A stretch of DNA of 64,000 bases, from contig CAZHSY010000004.1 in the NCBI GenBank assembly GCA_964535385.1, forward strand, positions 7,762 through 71,761, given 5' to 3'. The stretch comes from an uncultured Candidatus Saccharibacteria bacterium (GTDB taxonomy: Bacteria; Patescibacteriota; Saccharimonadia; CAILAD01; GCA-016700035). Numbering within the stretch: the stretch's first letter is position 1; each line of letters opens with the position of its first letter. The translations under genes and the position numbers were made by a program. Shown piece by piece: positions 1-9,500 of the stretch. The notes below the pieces were generated by a model, which was not told the DNA's origin, made no database searches, and saw nothing but the letters and a program-made list of their open reading frames with translations.

Positions 1-1
1 A

Positions 2-775
2 GAACAGACACGGAACCAGCTGGCTCAATTGGATGTAGCTAAGTCCTTGAGTGATGAGGAGAAAAAGGCTCTCTACGACAAGGCTGGTGCTGAGTATGCT
101 GCGGCTACGGCGGTCGGTATTGCGCCTGACCTTAATTCAGTGAATGATCAGAATCAGGTTACGTATCTCACAAAATTAAGCCAAGGTGGGAGTGATGGGG
201 TGGGTAAGGCTCTCAAAACCATCATCGACCAGCGTTTGCAGCAGGTCCAGGGCGATGGGTATTATGAAGGTTATGTCTACAAGTATTGGTATGGAAATAC
301 CGCAGTAGTGTGGCCTGCCAACTATCAAGTTAGCAATCGAGGTGATGCAGCTGCTCTAGCTGCTGATAAGAAGTATGCACTTGATACATTGAATGCTGAC
401 AAGCAGCGTCTCGAACGTCAACAAGTATCACCAACTGCCTTAGTGACAGAAGTAAGTAAGAATGAGCGACTTCATATGTACGAAGATCCCAATGGGAGCT
501 ATGCCTTTGTTTCCCAGGATAGTAGTTATAAGCCTGGCATCCCTGCAAGTGCTCAAAGCCAAGGTAATAAAAACATTCAGGCTACTATTAGCAATATGAA
601 GCGCGCGGGGATGAGTGATCCTGGTACGCTGACATATACTTCAATCTATGACCCCGCTCACAGCGAAATTGAGACTGGGTATTACTTCGTCTCTATTACG
701 AAGTACCTACAGGGACAGGCGATCGTTGATCAATATAATGCTATCCTTAAACAACTCCAGGAGGGTAAGTCGTGA
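2..775 (+). CDS. Hypothetical protein, probably 5'-truncated by the window edge. The reading frame is open back to position 2; the first in-frame start inside the window is TTG at 29.
   Basis: Open frame from 2 to TGA at 773-775. It is translationally coupled to the next gene by a GTGA overlap. I recognise no domain. Confidence 0.5.
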   Translation, partial: EQTRNQLAQLDVAKSLSDEEKKALYDKAGAEYAAATAVGIAPDLNSVNDQNQVTYLTKLSQGGSDGVGKALKTIIDQRLQQVQGDGYYEGYVYKYWYGNTAVVWPANYQVSNRGDAAALAADKKYALDTLNADKQRLERQQVSPTALVTEVSKNERLHMYEDPNGSYAFVSQDSSYKPGIPASAQSQGNKNIQATISNMKRAGMSDPGTLTYTSIYDPAHSEIETGYYFVSITKYLQGQAIVDQYNAILKQLQEGKS

Positions 776-3609
776 GGGTACGGTCATTGTTACGCGCTGT
801 GGCATTATTTGTCGTCAGTCTTGGTTTGTTTATAGGGCTGTCGGGTGTCGCCCATGCCAACCCGGCCGACCTCCATGTGACCGTTGGATATCAGCCATGG
901 AACTCTGATAAAACCCAGCCTATGCCAAATGTTAACCTGCGGGTTGATACGGTTCCTATCCCAGGCAAAGTGCCAATTATAGGGGGTAATTATCAAGGGA
1001 ATCATCTGATGCCGGGTTGTTTTATTTATCTTGCCTGTAGGATACCAACTACGAACAGCTTTGATTTTAACCTCAATACCTGGTCTGGAACTGGCGTGCA
1101 GCCAAACCCCTTCTGTGTACCAGCTGCATCTTGTTCGCTCTCGACTGTCTATATGTCAAGACTAGCGTGGTGCGGAGTGAACTATTACGGCCCAGGAAAC
1201 CTCATGCCAGGTGAATTCCATATGCAGGTTACGGTCACGCCGCTCGGCTCTCCTTCGCCAAATGGCGGTCGCTGGGTGGGGTATTGGCAATGGAGTGACA
1301 AGGATCCCAGTCATACACCATATGCAGCTACATTCTTTGACGGCAATTCAGCAGCAGTGCCGGCAAATAACGATAATATATCGACGGTCGCCTTCGTGTT
1401 CTACGAGGATCCACCGAAGATCGCCTTTAGCAATCAAAAGATCGATGAGACCGGGAGCCTGACGAATGGCAACTATAAAGATGCTGCCGTGCGAGTCGAT
1501 GGCGGTGCACCGAATACCGCTAATCCTGCCGATTTCACCGGCCTGAATGCAGCTCAAGGTCATACTATTACGGCTGATAATGTACCAGGTTGGGAAGTGG
1601 TTGGCTACTGCCTGGCAGACGGTTGTACCACGCCAACAGTGAACGGTAGTTCGTATCAGTATCCGGGCAACCTGCCTGGCGGATCAACTGTAAAAGTCAG
1701 GTGGCTTTACAGGCGTGATATTGTGACTGGCTTGGTGACGAATAATTGTAGTACCGTGGCGGCGACTATTCAAACGACGCGTCAGAATATGCAAGTTCAA
1801 ATTAAGCTGGGCGATGTAGTTTTGCCGGGCACCCAGGCTGCACCCAATGTATCATTCACTATCCCTGATGAATACCGTGATGGTGTAGTCCGCCCAATTA
1901 CCTTTATCTACACCTATACTGGCGGTAGTCAAACAATTGCAGCGGGGGCGAATCACAGTTGTGAACGGGCGGCGAGCTGTAGTAACTTTGATACCTCAGC
2001 GTCTTTCAAGGATGGTAATGCAATGGCTGGAGGTGATGTGGTTGTTCAGGTCATCATGAATAATCCGAATGATCCATCACGTTATGCTCACTGGCGCAGT
2101 GCTTGGCCAAATGGCGCCGCTAACCAGCTCACCTTTACTCCAAATGCTTTGGCGGGAGGCTGGCGAGATGATAGTCGTTCAAGCTTCTTTATAAATGGCA
2201 AGCAAAAGACCGATACGAACTTCGCAGCCGTAAGACCGGGTGAGAGCACTACTTTCTATGCATCGGTGACGGTGCCGAGTAATCCAGCTACAGCTACTAT
2301 CGACATCCAGTTCCAGATGGCTTACATCGATACTACCGGGCGGGTTCAGTATGGCGATGTTTGCTCGCGGCAAGTTACGATACGTAATCTCTACACACCA
2401 TGGTTGCGGGTTCAAAACGGGAGCGTAGCGGCTCTAAAGGAGATATTTGGCCAAGAGGCAGCCGGTCGCGGTGGTCGCGACAGTGTCGGTGATGGACAGG
2501 ATATGAATCTGGAGGCTACCTATGCTGTAACTTCTGTAGCTTCAGCCAATAATTTCTGTAGTACCAATGCCTACAACTACGGTCGCATTGAGCCGACTCT
2601 ATCCTTCACGCGACTCGGCACGAACGGCGGGGTGGTCGAAAAATGTGCATCGGAATCGTATGTCTTTAAGCCCTCGAGTATTTTTGAGTCTACTAGCCCA
2701 GATCATCTTTACACGACAGTGAACGGCTTGCGTAGCAGTAGCGGCCAGTGTGACCCGACAGTCCCTACGCATCCTGATCCCAGTCAGCCGACCACGCGCT
2801 ATCGTGATCGTGGTGCGTGGAATAACGCTAATACGATCGCCGCCGACGGCAAGTGTCCGAGTTTTTATACGCTTCCGGGACTTAACGCCGAGATCAACCC
2901 AGGCGCAGCCCAGTTAAGTGTGACCGGCGGACGAGTGACGTTATTAGTAAACGGTAATCTGACTATTAAGAAGAATATTATTAACGACTACAGCACGGCC
3001 TTCGGCGGCGGCGTGGCAGCTGCACCGGCCACACTTCCTTCCAATCCTTCGAAGGAAGCAGTGGCGCAGATGATTAATCTTCAGAATACGAATCTCAATC
3101 AGATTCCGAACCTAGGTATTGTGGTATCTGGGAATGTCACGATTGATAAGTCAGTTACACGACTGGATGCCATGATTTACGCTGACGGCAAGATTAATAC
3201 CTGTGACGCTTACTCTGACGGCACAACGACCGGGGTGAATGAGACGGTAGATATGCAGACTCGTAGCCAACTTGCACAGAACTGCGCCAAGCGTTTAGTG
3301 GTGCGTGGCGGACTCTATGCGCTTGGCGGCTTCCAGTTTGGTCGCAACTTCTATGACGCCGTGCGAATTGGCGGCAAGCTTGGCTTTGGTAATAATCAAC
3401 AGCCTTGGAAGCTGGCTGATTATGATACCAAGGGCAATGATACGGTCGCTAGCCAAGGCTTACAGGGCGTTTACTCAGGTGGTGCAGCCGAAGATATTCT
3501 CGGGAGTGGCCTGTCGATTGTGAGTAGTCCACCTGGATTCGATAATCTGAATGACAGTAAGTATAGCCAGCCGATTTATCAGAAGGGAGATTTCTCGCCG
3601 AAGTTCTGA
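772..3609 (+). CDS. Large secreted Cys-rich protein (945 aa) with an N-terminal signal peptide. Candidate surface protein or adhesin.
   Basis: GTG start at 772 with an AGGAGGG Shine-Dalgarno sequence 8 nt upstream. N-terminus MRVRSLLRAVALFVVSLGLFIGLSGVAHA is a typical signal peptide. The protein is long, rich in Cys/Gly/Asn/Thr, and has no TM segment after the signal. Confidence 0.7.
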   Translation: MRVRSLLRAVALFVVSLGLFIGLSGVAHANPADLHVTVGYQPWNSDKTQPMPNVNLRVDTVPIPGKVPIIGGNYQGNHLMPGCFIYLACRIPTTNSFDFNLNTWSGTGVQPNPFCVPAASCSLSTVYMSRLAWCGVNYYGPGNLMPGEFHMQVTVTPLGSPSPNGGRWVGYWQWSDKDPSHTPYAATFFDGNSAAVPANNDNISTVAFVFYEDPPKIAFSNQKIDETGSLTNGNYKDAAVRVDGGAPNTANPADFTGLNAAQGHTITADNVPGWEVVGYCLADGCTTPTVNGSSYQYPGNLPGGSTVKVRWLYRRDIVTGLVTNNCSTVAATIQTTRQNMQVQIKLGDVVLPGTQAAPNVSFTIPDEYRDGVVRPITFIYTYTGGSQTIAAGANHSCERAASCSNFDTSASFKDGNAMAGGDVVVQVIMNNPNDPSRYAHWRSAWPNGAANQLTFTPNALAGGWRDDSRSSFFINGKQKTDTNFAAVRPGESTTFYASVTVPSNPATATIDIQFQMAYIDTTGRVQYGDVCSRQVTIRNLYTPWLRVQNGSVAALKEIFGQEAAGRGGRDSVGDGQDMNLEATYAVTSVASANNFCSTNAYNYGRIEPTLSFTRLGTNGGVVEKCASESYVFKPSSIFESTSPDHLYTTVNGLRSSSGQCDPTVPTHPDPSQPTTRYRDRGAWNNANTIAADGKCPSFYTLPGLNAEINPGAAQLSVTGGRVTLLVNGNLTIKKNIINDYSTAFGGGVAAAPATLPSNPSKEAVAQMINLQNTNLNQIPNLGIVVSGNVTIDKSVTRLDAMIYADGKINTCDAYSDGTTTGVNETVDMQTRSQLAQNCAKRLVVRGGLYALGGFQFGRNFYDAVRIGGKLGFGNNQQPWKLADYDTKGNDTVASQGLQGVYSGGAAEDILGSGLSIVSSPPGFDNLNDSKYSQPIYQKGDFSPKF

Positions 3610-3622
3610 TGTAACTGGGGCT

Positions 3623-3672
3623 CTCCTGGGAGGGGGCAGGAGCTTCTTTATATGAAAGAAAGCTCTTGTTTG
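3623..3672 (+). terminator. Candidate rho-independent terminator after the 945 aa gene: two stem-loops followed by a T-rich run.
   Basis: Inverted repeats ctcctg...caggag and gagcttcttt...aaagaaagctc, followed by ttgtttg. Confidence 0.4.
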
Positions 3673-3716
3673 CCGTCGCTATCAATAAACAACTTATGCT
3701 AATATAGAAATAACCC

Positions 3717-4754
3717 ATGCAAGTATTCATCGAAGACGAACATTATTTTGGGGTTGACCTGGGCAATTCGGGGATCCGTTTAGTCGAGCTCAAGAGAATT
3801 CACGACAAGCCAACCCTCGTGACCTATGGTGATATTGAGATGCCTTTTGGTCTCTTATCATCCGATTCACCGGCCGATCAGCAGCGGGTAGCCGACATCC
3901 TGAAGAAACTTTACAGTGATGCGCGGGTCGGTACCAAGAATGTCGTGGCTGGTTTACCAGCCAGTAAGGTTTTCGCTAGCGTGGTCAAGTTGCCTCAAAT
4001 GAGTGACGAGGAAGTCGCTCATACCTTACGCTTCCAAGCTGATAAGTATATCCCGATGCCGCTTGATCAAGTGAAGCTCGATTTTTTTCGAATAACCCAA
4101 GCTAAGGATGCAGCCGAGATCGAGGTATTGCTGGTAGCCACACCTTCGACAGTTGCAAACAAATATCTGAATATTTTTCAGCAAGCCGGGTTGGAGCTCA
4201 TGGCGCTAGACATTAATGCTATCGCTCAAGCTCGAGCTATGGTGCCTACAGTGGATATTGACGTGGTGCTTATCGATTTTTCATCCTTGACTACAGATAT
4301 TGCAGTAGTCGCCAAGGGCGTCACTGGCTTGATTCGCTCAGTTAATGTCGGTGCTAAGTCGTTAGTCCGGGTAACCTCTCAGAATCTTGGCCTTGATGAA
4401 GTACAGGCTGAGCAATTCGTGCGTAAGTTTGGACTGACACAAACTAAGCTCGAAGGGCAAGTCTATCGCTCGATGAAGCCGTTGCTCGACAACATTGTCG
4501 ATGAGGTCAAGAAGTCGGTCGATTACTTTTACCAGGGGAGTACTGAGCGACATATCGAGAAGGTTATTATTACTGGTGGTCCAGCCGCTATCCCCGAGAT
4601 GCCGGTCTATCTCGCCAATAGTCTCGGACTAGCCGTTGAGATGGGAAATCCGTGGCAAAAGGTGAGTTATGCTAAGGAGTTCACTGATCGTCTAGCTGGT
4701 ATGGCTCTCGGCTATTCCACGGCCGTTGGACTGGCTCTAAGGAATATGACGTGA
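3717..4754 (+). CDS. pilM: Type IV pilus assembly protein PilM (actin-like ATPase fold).
   Basis: 345 aa; N-terminus FGVDLGNSGIRLVEL and overall PilM/FtsA-like architecture. First gene of a pilMNO block. Confidence 0.85.
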   Translation: MQVFIEDEHYFGVDLGNSGIRLVELKRIHDKPTLVTYGDIEMPFGLLSSDSPADQQRVADILKKLYSDARVGTKNVVAGLPASKVFASVVKLPQMSDEEVAHTLRFQADKYIPMPLDQVKLDFFRITQAKDAAEIEVLLVATPSTVANKYLNIFQQAGLELMALDINAIAQARAMVPTVDIDVVLIDFSSLTTDIAVVAKGVTGLIRSVNVGAKSLVRVTSQNLGLDEVQAEQFVRKFGLTQTKLEGQVYRSMKPLLDNIVDEVKKSVDYFYQGSTERHIEKVIITGGPAAIPEMPVYLANSLGLAVEMGNPWQKVSYAKEFTDRLAGMALGYSTAVGLALRNMT

Positions 4755-4761
4755 GGCGAGC

Positions 4762-5403
4762 ATGTCAGTAAGAATTAACCTCCTTCCTGAAGCTCGTATC
4801 CTCAAGCTACGCAATACTAAGACCAAGCGCTTAGTAGCGGTAGCTTGTGTATTGATATCTGGCGTATTCATTTCAGCCATGGTAATACTTCTGCTCTTAC
4901 TTGGTACACGCAATCTCATTGCCGCTAAGAACACCAATGACATCACCGCGCTGAAGGCAGAACTTGATACTAAGCAAGATGTTATTAAGGGCATTACCCG
5001 CTTTAATCAAGCTCTTAATAACGTGAGCCAATTGGATGAAAATCGCATCTATCTCAGCAAGATTTTTGATGTAGTGTCGAAGTCAATTCCAACCGATAGC
5101 CATCTTACTGAGTTGAGTGTCGATACCGATTACAATGTAAAGGCTTCGGTTAAGGCGGCCGACTATGAAACGGTCTCGCGCTTTATTACGGCTTTGCAAA
5201 ATTATAACGTCACCTATGGAGAGGTGACCGGTCTTGCCAAGAAACCAGTCTTCTTAAATATCGCTGTTGATACTGTTACCAAGAAGCAGGACGTAACCTT
5301 TGATATTTCTTTCAGTGTTGATAAAGAACTGGTCAAGAAGTTGCGCGAGCAAGCTAAATCCAGCACAGATAGTAGCCAATCACAAACGGGAGCCCAGCAA
5401 TGA
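4762..5403 (+). CDS. pilN: Type IV pilus inner-membrane assembly protein PilN.
   Basis: 213 aa; starts MSVRINLLPE (PilN signature) followed by a single TM helix. Immediately downstream of pilM. Confidence 0.7.
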   Translation: MSVRINLLPEARILKLRNTKTKRLVAVACVLISGVFISAMVILLLLLGTRNLIAAKNTNDITALKAELDTKQDVIKGITRFNQALNNVSQLDENRIYLSKIFDVVSKSIPTDSHLTELSVDTDYNVKASVKAADYETVSRFITALQNYNVTYGEVTGLAKKPVFLNIAVDTVTKKQDVTFDISFSVDKELVKKLREQAKSSTDSSQSQTGAQQ

Positions 5404-6161
5404 GCCCAGCTAAAGCCAAGACTACACCGGCGGCCAATACTAAGAAACCGGCAGTACCAGATACGCAGGTTAGCCAGCAGCAGCAAAGTGATATGCGTAA
5501 GTTTATGATCATAGCTATTAGTATTACGACCGTTATCGTGTTGGCGACCGGATACATCAGTTATACCCTGATTCAGGCTAATCTTCAGAAAGCTCGCGAG
5601 ATTACTGCCCAGGATGCCTACAAGAAAATGGCAGGGGAGCGCCTCGATAAGATGAATCAAGCCCAAGATTCTCTTAAGCAGATCCAGACTGCTGATGGTG
5701 GTACGATCTCGAGCTTTGACCTCGTAACGAAGAGAGCTTTACCGAGTAGCCCTGATTTTGCCACCAACATCACTATTTTCTCAGAGCTGCAAAAGCAAAC
5801 TGGCGTCGATATGACATCGATCGGAAATGGCCTTTCAGATAGCGCCAAGGCTGCAGCTGCATCAACAAGCACTAGCACTACAAGTGCCGAAACGCTAGCT
5901 GATGGCGTCTCGAGCTACCCCGTTACCCTGAAAATTAGCGCTAAGTATAGTCAGGTCTTAGATTTCATTAGCAAGGTTGAGCAGTCGGTACGGGTCTTTA
6001 ACTTTTCGAGCATGAAGATCTCTGGTGACAGCGATGCACTTGCGCTCGATATGCAGTACAAGGCCTATTATATGGCTGAACCTAAAATTGACACCCAAGT
6101 CATTCCGCTTGAGGATTATTTAGAAAATGCTAAGGCTAATCCGGAGAAGTACAACCAATGA
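5400..6161 (+). CDS. pilO: PilO-like pilus assembly protein.
   Basis: ATGA overlap with pilN. Charged N-terminus, one TM helix, then a periplasmic-type domain. Sits in the PilO position. Confidence 0.55.
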   Translation: MSPAKAKTTPAANTKKPAVPDTQVSQQQQSDMRKFMIIAISITTVIVLATGYISYTLIQANLQKAREITAQDAYKKMAGERLDKMNQAQDSLKQIQTADGGTISSFDLVTKRALPSSPDFATNITIFSELQKQTGVDMTSIGNGLSDSAKAAAASTSTSTTSAETLADGVSSYPVTLKISAKYSQVLDFISKVEQSVRVFNFSSMKISGDSDALALDMQYKAYYMAEPKIDTQVIPLEDYLENAKANPEKYNQ

Positions 6162-6436
6162 AATCACGTGATATTATCGGACTCATCATCGCTGGACTTA
6201 TCTTCCTGGCGGCTGGAATTATCTTCTATACCCAGCTAGCACCAGTACCAAAAGGTACAGGGATTACAGTCGAGGTTCCGCCGAAGGTAGTGGTACCGTT
6301 AGCTTCTGAGATCTCACAATCACAAATGGTTAGCTTGAAAAAGCTTCAGGACTATGCCAGGCCTCAGGAGATCCGTGTCTGTACCAGCGAAGGCGACAAG
6401 GGTTGTGTTGGTAAAAACGGCATCTTCCAACCTTAA
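6158..6436 (+). CDS. Small single-pass membrane protein in the PilP position, between pilO and pilB.
   Basis: ATGA overlap with pilO. 92 aa with an N-terminal TM segment IIGLIIAGLIFLAAGIIFY. Confidence 0.45.
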   Translation: MKSRDIIGLIIAGLIFLAAGIIFYTQLAPVPKGTGITVEVPPKVVVPLASEISQSQMVSLKKLQDYARPQEIRVCTSEGDKGCVGKNGIFQP

Positions 6437-6450
6437 GTGGGTATTTACAC

Positions 6451-8244
6451 GTGCTAACGGTTGAGAACCAAAAAAGCATCGAAGACATCATCGTTAGTGG
6501 CAATCTCGTGCCACATGACGTACTTGAGGTAGCTAAGCTGCGGGCTATGAAAGAGAATAAGGGCCTCATTCAGGTGCTCATGGATATGAAAGCACTCGAG
6601 GAAGAGGACTCAGTTAAGCTCATCTCGATAGTTAAGAAGATTCCCTTCGTAGACCTCTCTCATCTCGACCAGCCAGTTCCTCAGCAGGTACTTGAGCTGC
6701 TCCCACTCGAGACTGCCCACGAGTATATGGCGGTACCGTTTGGGATTACGAATGGTGCCCTCAGTGTCGCCATGCTTGATCCAACGAACCTTCAGGCAAT
6801 TGACTTCATCTCGCGCAAGACTGGTTATGCGGTTACTTCTTATATGGCTAGTCAGGCGGGGATTGACCATGTCTTAGGTATGTATAAGGAACGCTTTAGT
6901 AAGGAAGTCTCTGATGTACTGAAGAACATTGCCTCAGCCCAGAAGGAAGAAGTCGTCGCCGAGAAGAAATCCGTCCAGGATAACAAAAAAGCCAAAGACA
7001 TCGTCCAGGACGCACCAATCACTCGGGCGCTTAATACAATTCTCGAGTACGCCATCAACTCTCGGGCTTCAGATATCCACGTCGAGCCTCGCCAAAAGGA
7101 GCTTAAGATTCGCTTCCGTATCGATGGCATCTTGCAAGAGGTCATGACCCTGCCGAAGTCGACCGAACCAGCTCTTATTTCGCGTATTAAGATTCTGTCT
7201 AACCTCAAGATCGACGAGCATCGTATCCCACAGGATGGGCAGGCGATGTATATGTTTGACGGTCGCGAGGTCGACTTACGTATTGCGATCGCTCCGATCA
7301 CCTACGGTGAGCAGGTTGTGATTCGTATCTTGGATAAGAATGCTCAGAACATCACCCTGGATATCTTGGGTTTCCGTGGTCGTTCTATGCGCTTGATTCA
7401 AGCGGGTATCCATCGCCCTCATGGCATGATTCTCTCGACTGGCCCGACTGGCTCGGGTAAATCAACTACGCTCTACGCTGTGGTGCAGGCAATTAAGAAT
7501 GTGGCTATTAATATTGTGACGCTCGAGGACCCCGTCGAGTATAAGATGGAGGGGATTAATCAGATTCAGGTCAATACAGCTGTTGGCCTGACTTTCGCCA
7601 GTGGCTTGCGGTCTATCTTGCGTCAGGATCCGAATGTCGTCCTCGTCGGGGAGATTCGCGACTCAGAAACGGCCGACTTGGCCGTACAGGCGGCCCTGAC
7701 TGGTCACACCGTACTATCGACCCTGCACACGAACTCTGCCGCCGGCGTCCTTCCTCGTATGCTCGATATGGACATTGAGCCCTTTTTGGTTGCTTCGACT
7801 GTCAATACAGTCATTGGCCAGCGCTTAGTCAGAAGGGTTTGTCAGAAGTGTAAGAAGCCCTATGCGGCGCCCCAGAGCGCTATCAATATGATTAATAAAT
7901 CATTAGCAGATTTTCTGCCGCGTAATCAGGCTGAAGTGAAAGCTAAGGCGACAGATTATGGCTACGAGGGTTTGCCACTCTTTAGTGAAACCGCTTATAC
8001 TTTATATAAGGGGGAAGGCTGTGCTGACTGCAAAGACGGTTATGCCGGCCGGATCGGTATCTTCGAAGTCTTTGAAATGAACCCATCAATCGAGAAGCTG
8101 TTGGTGGCTCGAGCCACCACTACCGAGATCCAGGCTCAGGCCGCCAAGGACGGGATGCTGACTATGATCCAGGATGGGTATCTGAAAGCCCTCACTGGCG
8201 TGACTTCGGTAGAAGAAGTAGCTCGCGTAGCTACCGACCACTAA
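6451..8244 (+). CDS. pilB: Type IV pilus extension ATPase PilB (GspE family).
   Basis: 597 aa. Walker A GPTGSGKSTT and the tetracysteine motif CQKC...CADC. N-terminal GspE_N-like region. Confidence 0.9.
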   Translation: MLTVENQKSIEDIIVSGNLVPHDVLEVAKLRAMKENKGLIQVLMDMKALEEEDSVKLISIVKKIPFVDLSHLDQPVPQQVLELLPLETAHEYMAVPFGITNGALSVAMLDPTNLQAIDFISRKTGYAVTSYMASQAGIDHVLGMYKERFSKEVSDVLKNIASAQKEEVVAEKKSVQDNKKAKDIVQDAPITRALNTILEYAINSRASDIHVEPRQKELKIRFRIDGILQEVMTLPKSTEPALISRIKILSNLKIDEHRIPQDGQAMYMFDGREVDLRIAIAPITYGEQVVIRILDKNAQNITLDILGFRGRSMRLIQAGIHRPHGMILSTGPTGSGKSTTLYAVVQAIKNVAINIVTLEDPVEYKMEGINQIQVNTAVGLTFASGLRSILRQDPNVVLVGEIRDSETADLAVQAALTGHTVLSTLHTNSAAGVLPRMLDMDIEPFLVASTVNTVIGQRLVRRVCQKCKKPYAAPQSAINMINKSLADFLPRNQAEVKAKATDYGYEGLPLFSETAYTLYKGEGCADCKDGYAGRIGIFEVFEMNPSIEKLLVARATTTEIQAQAAKDGMLTMIQDGYLKALTGVTSVEEVARVATDH

Positions 8245-8258
8245 AGAAAGAAATTATT

Positions 8259-9491
8259 ATGCCCCCACAGACCCCCAACCCAACCCCTCCATCAGCTCCG
8301 GCCGCCCCGGATGCCCAGTCGTTGCCAGTCAGTGGAGAAGTGCCCGTAGCTACTCCGGCTACCGCACAGCCAGCCGTAGCCGCGCAGGACCAAGTGCACC
8401 AGATCCAAGCTCCTGATACTGGAACCACTGAGCAGTATTCGATCGAGCCTTTCTTGGAGGAAGTGATTCGTCGAGACGCGTCTGATCTCCATATCCAGGT
8501 TGGTTTGCCGCCGATGTTGCGGGTTGATGGCGCACTGTCGCCACTCAATGGTACAGCCGCCATGACCCCAGAGCAGATCGATGAGATTATCTTTAGTCTG
8601 CTCGATGAAGAGCAGAAAGAAATCTACATTCATGATAAAGAGATCGACTTTTCATTCGCTTACGGCGACCTAGGTCGCTTCCGTGTTAATGCCTTCCATG
8701 AGCGTGGCAACCCGGCCGGTGCCTTCCGTTTGATCCCAAATAAGATCCGTACGCTCGAGGAGCTGGGTATGCCAGCGATTATGAATAAGATGACCGAGTA
8801 CCCACGCGGACTCATCCTAGTGACCGGGCCAACTGGCTCTGGTAAGTCGACTACACTTGCAGCCATGGTTGACCGCATTAACCGCGAGCGGGCTATGCAT
8901 ATCATCACGATCGAAGATCCGATCGAGTATCAGCACCATCACAAGAAGTCGATTATCGTTCAGCGCGAAGTTCACTTTGACACCCCGAGCTTCGGAGCCG
9001 CTCTGCGCAGTGCCCTGCGTGAAGATCCAGACGTAGCGCTCATCGGCGAGATGCGTGATCTCGAGACGATTGCTACGGCCATTACTGTGGCTGAGACTGG
9101 GCACTTGGTCTTCGCAACTCTGCACACTAACTCTGCCGCTCAGTCGATCGATCGTATGGTCGATGTCTTTCCGCCCCACCAGCAGGCCCAGATTCGCATT
9201 CAGTTATCTTCTGTATTGCAGGGGATTGTAGCCCAGCGCCTCATCCCAATGGTCGGCGGCGGTCGTCTAGCCGCTGCTGAGGTTCTCGTGGTAACTCCAG
9301 CCGTGCGTAATATCATTCGTGAGGGCAAGAGTCATCAGCTCGATGCCGTTATTCAGACTGGTGCTGAATTTGGCATGCAATCGATGGACGCCACGCTAGC
9401 TCATCTTATTCACGAGGGTAAGATTACCTATGATGAGGCTCGCAATTACGCCGTTGATCTCCAGGAACTTGATCGTCTGATGAGGCGGTAG
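8259..9491 (+). CDS. pilT: Type IV pilus retraction ATPase PilT, with a roughly 60 aa Pro/Ala-rich N-terminal extension.
   Basis: Walker A GPTGSGKSTT, His-box, and the AVRNIIREGK PilT signature. The low-complexity N-terminus is MPPQTPNPTPPSAPAAP... Confidence 0.85.
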   Translation: MPPQTPNPTPPSAPAAPDAQSLPVSGEVPVATPATAQPAVAAQDQVHQIQAPDTGTTEQYSIEPFLEEVIRRDASDLHIQVGLPPMLRVDGALSPLNGTAAMTPEQIDEIIFSLLDEEQKEIYIHDKEIDFSFAYGDLGRFRVNAFHERGNPAGAFRLIPNKIRTLEELGMPAIMNKMTEYPRGLILVTGPTGSGKSTTLAAMVDRINRERAMHIITIEDPIEYQHHHKKSIIVQREVHFDTPSFGAALRSALREDPDVALIGEMRDLETIATAITVAETGHLVFATLHTNSAAQSIDRMVDVFPPHQQAQIRIQLSSVLQGIVAQRLIPMVGGGRLAAAEVLVVTPAVRNIIREGKSHQLDAVIQTGAEFGMQSMDATLAHLIHEGKITYDEARNYAVDLQELDRLMRR

Positions 9492-9500
9492 CGAGCGGCT

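Noticed and set aside
5214-5666. 150 aa antisense ORF across the pilN/pilO junction, plus similar antisense ORFs inside pilB, pilT and pilD.
   Set aside because: Each lies fully inside a well-supported pilus gene on the opposite strand. They are typical long antisense frames.
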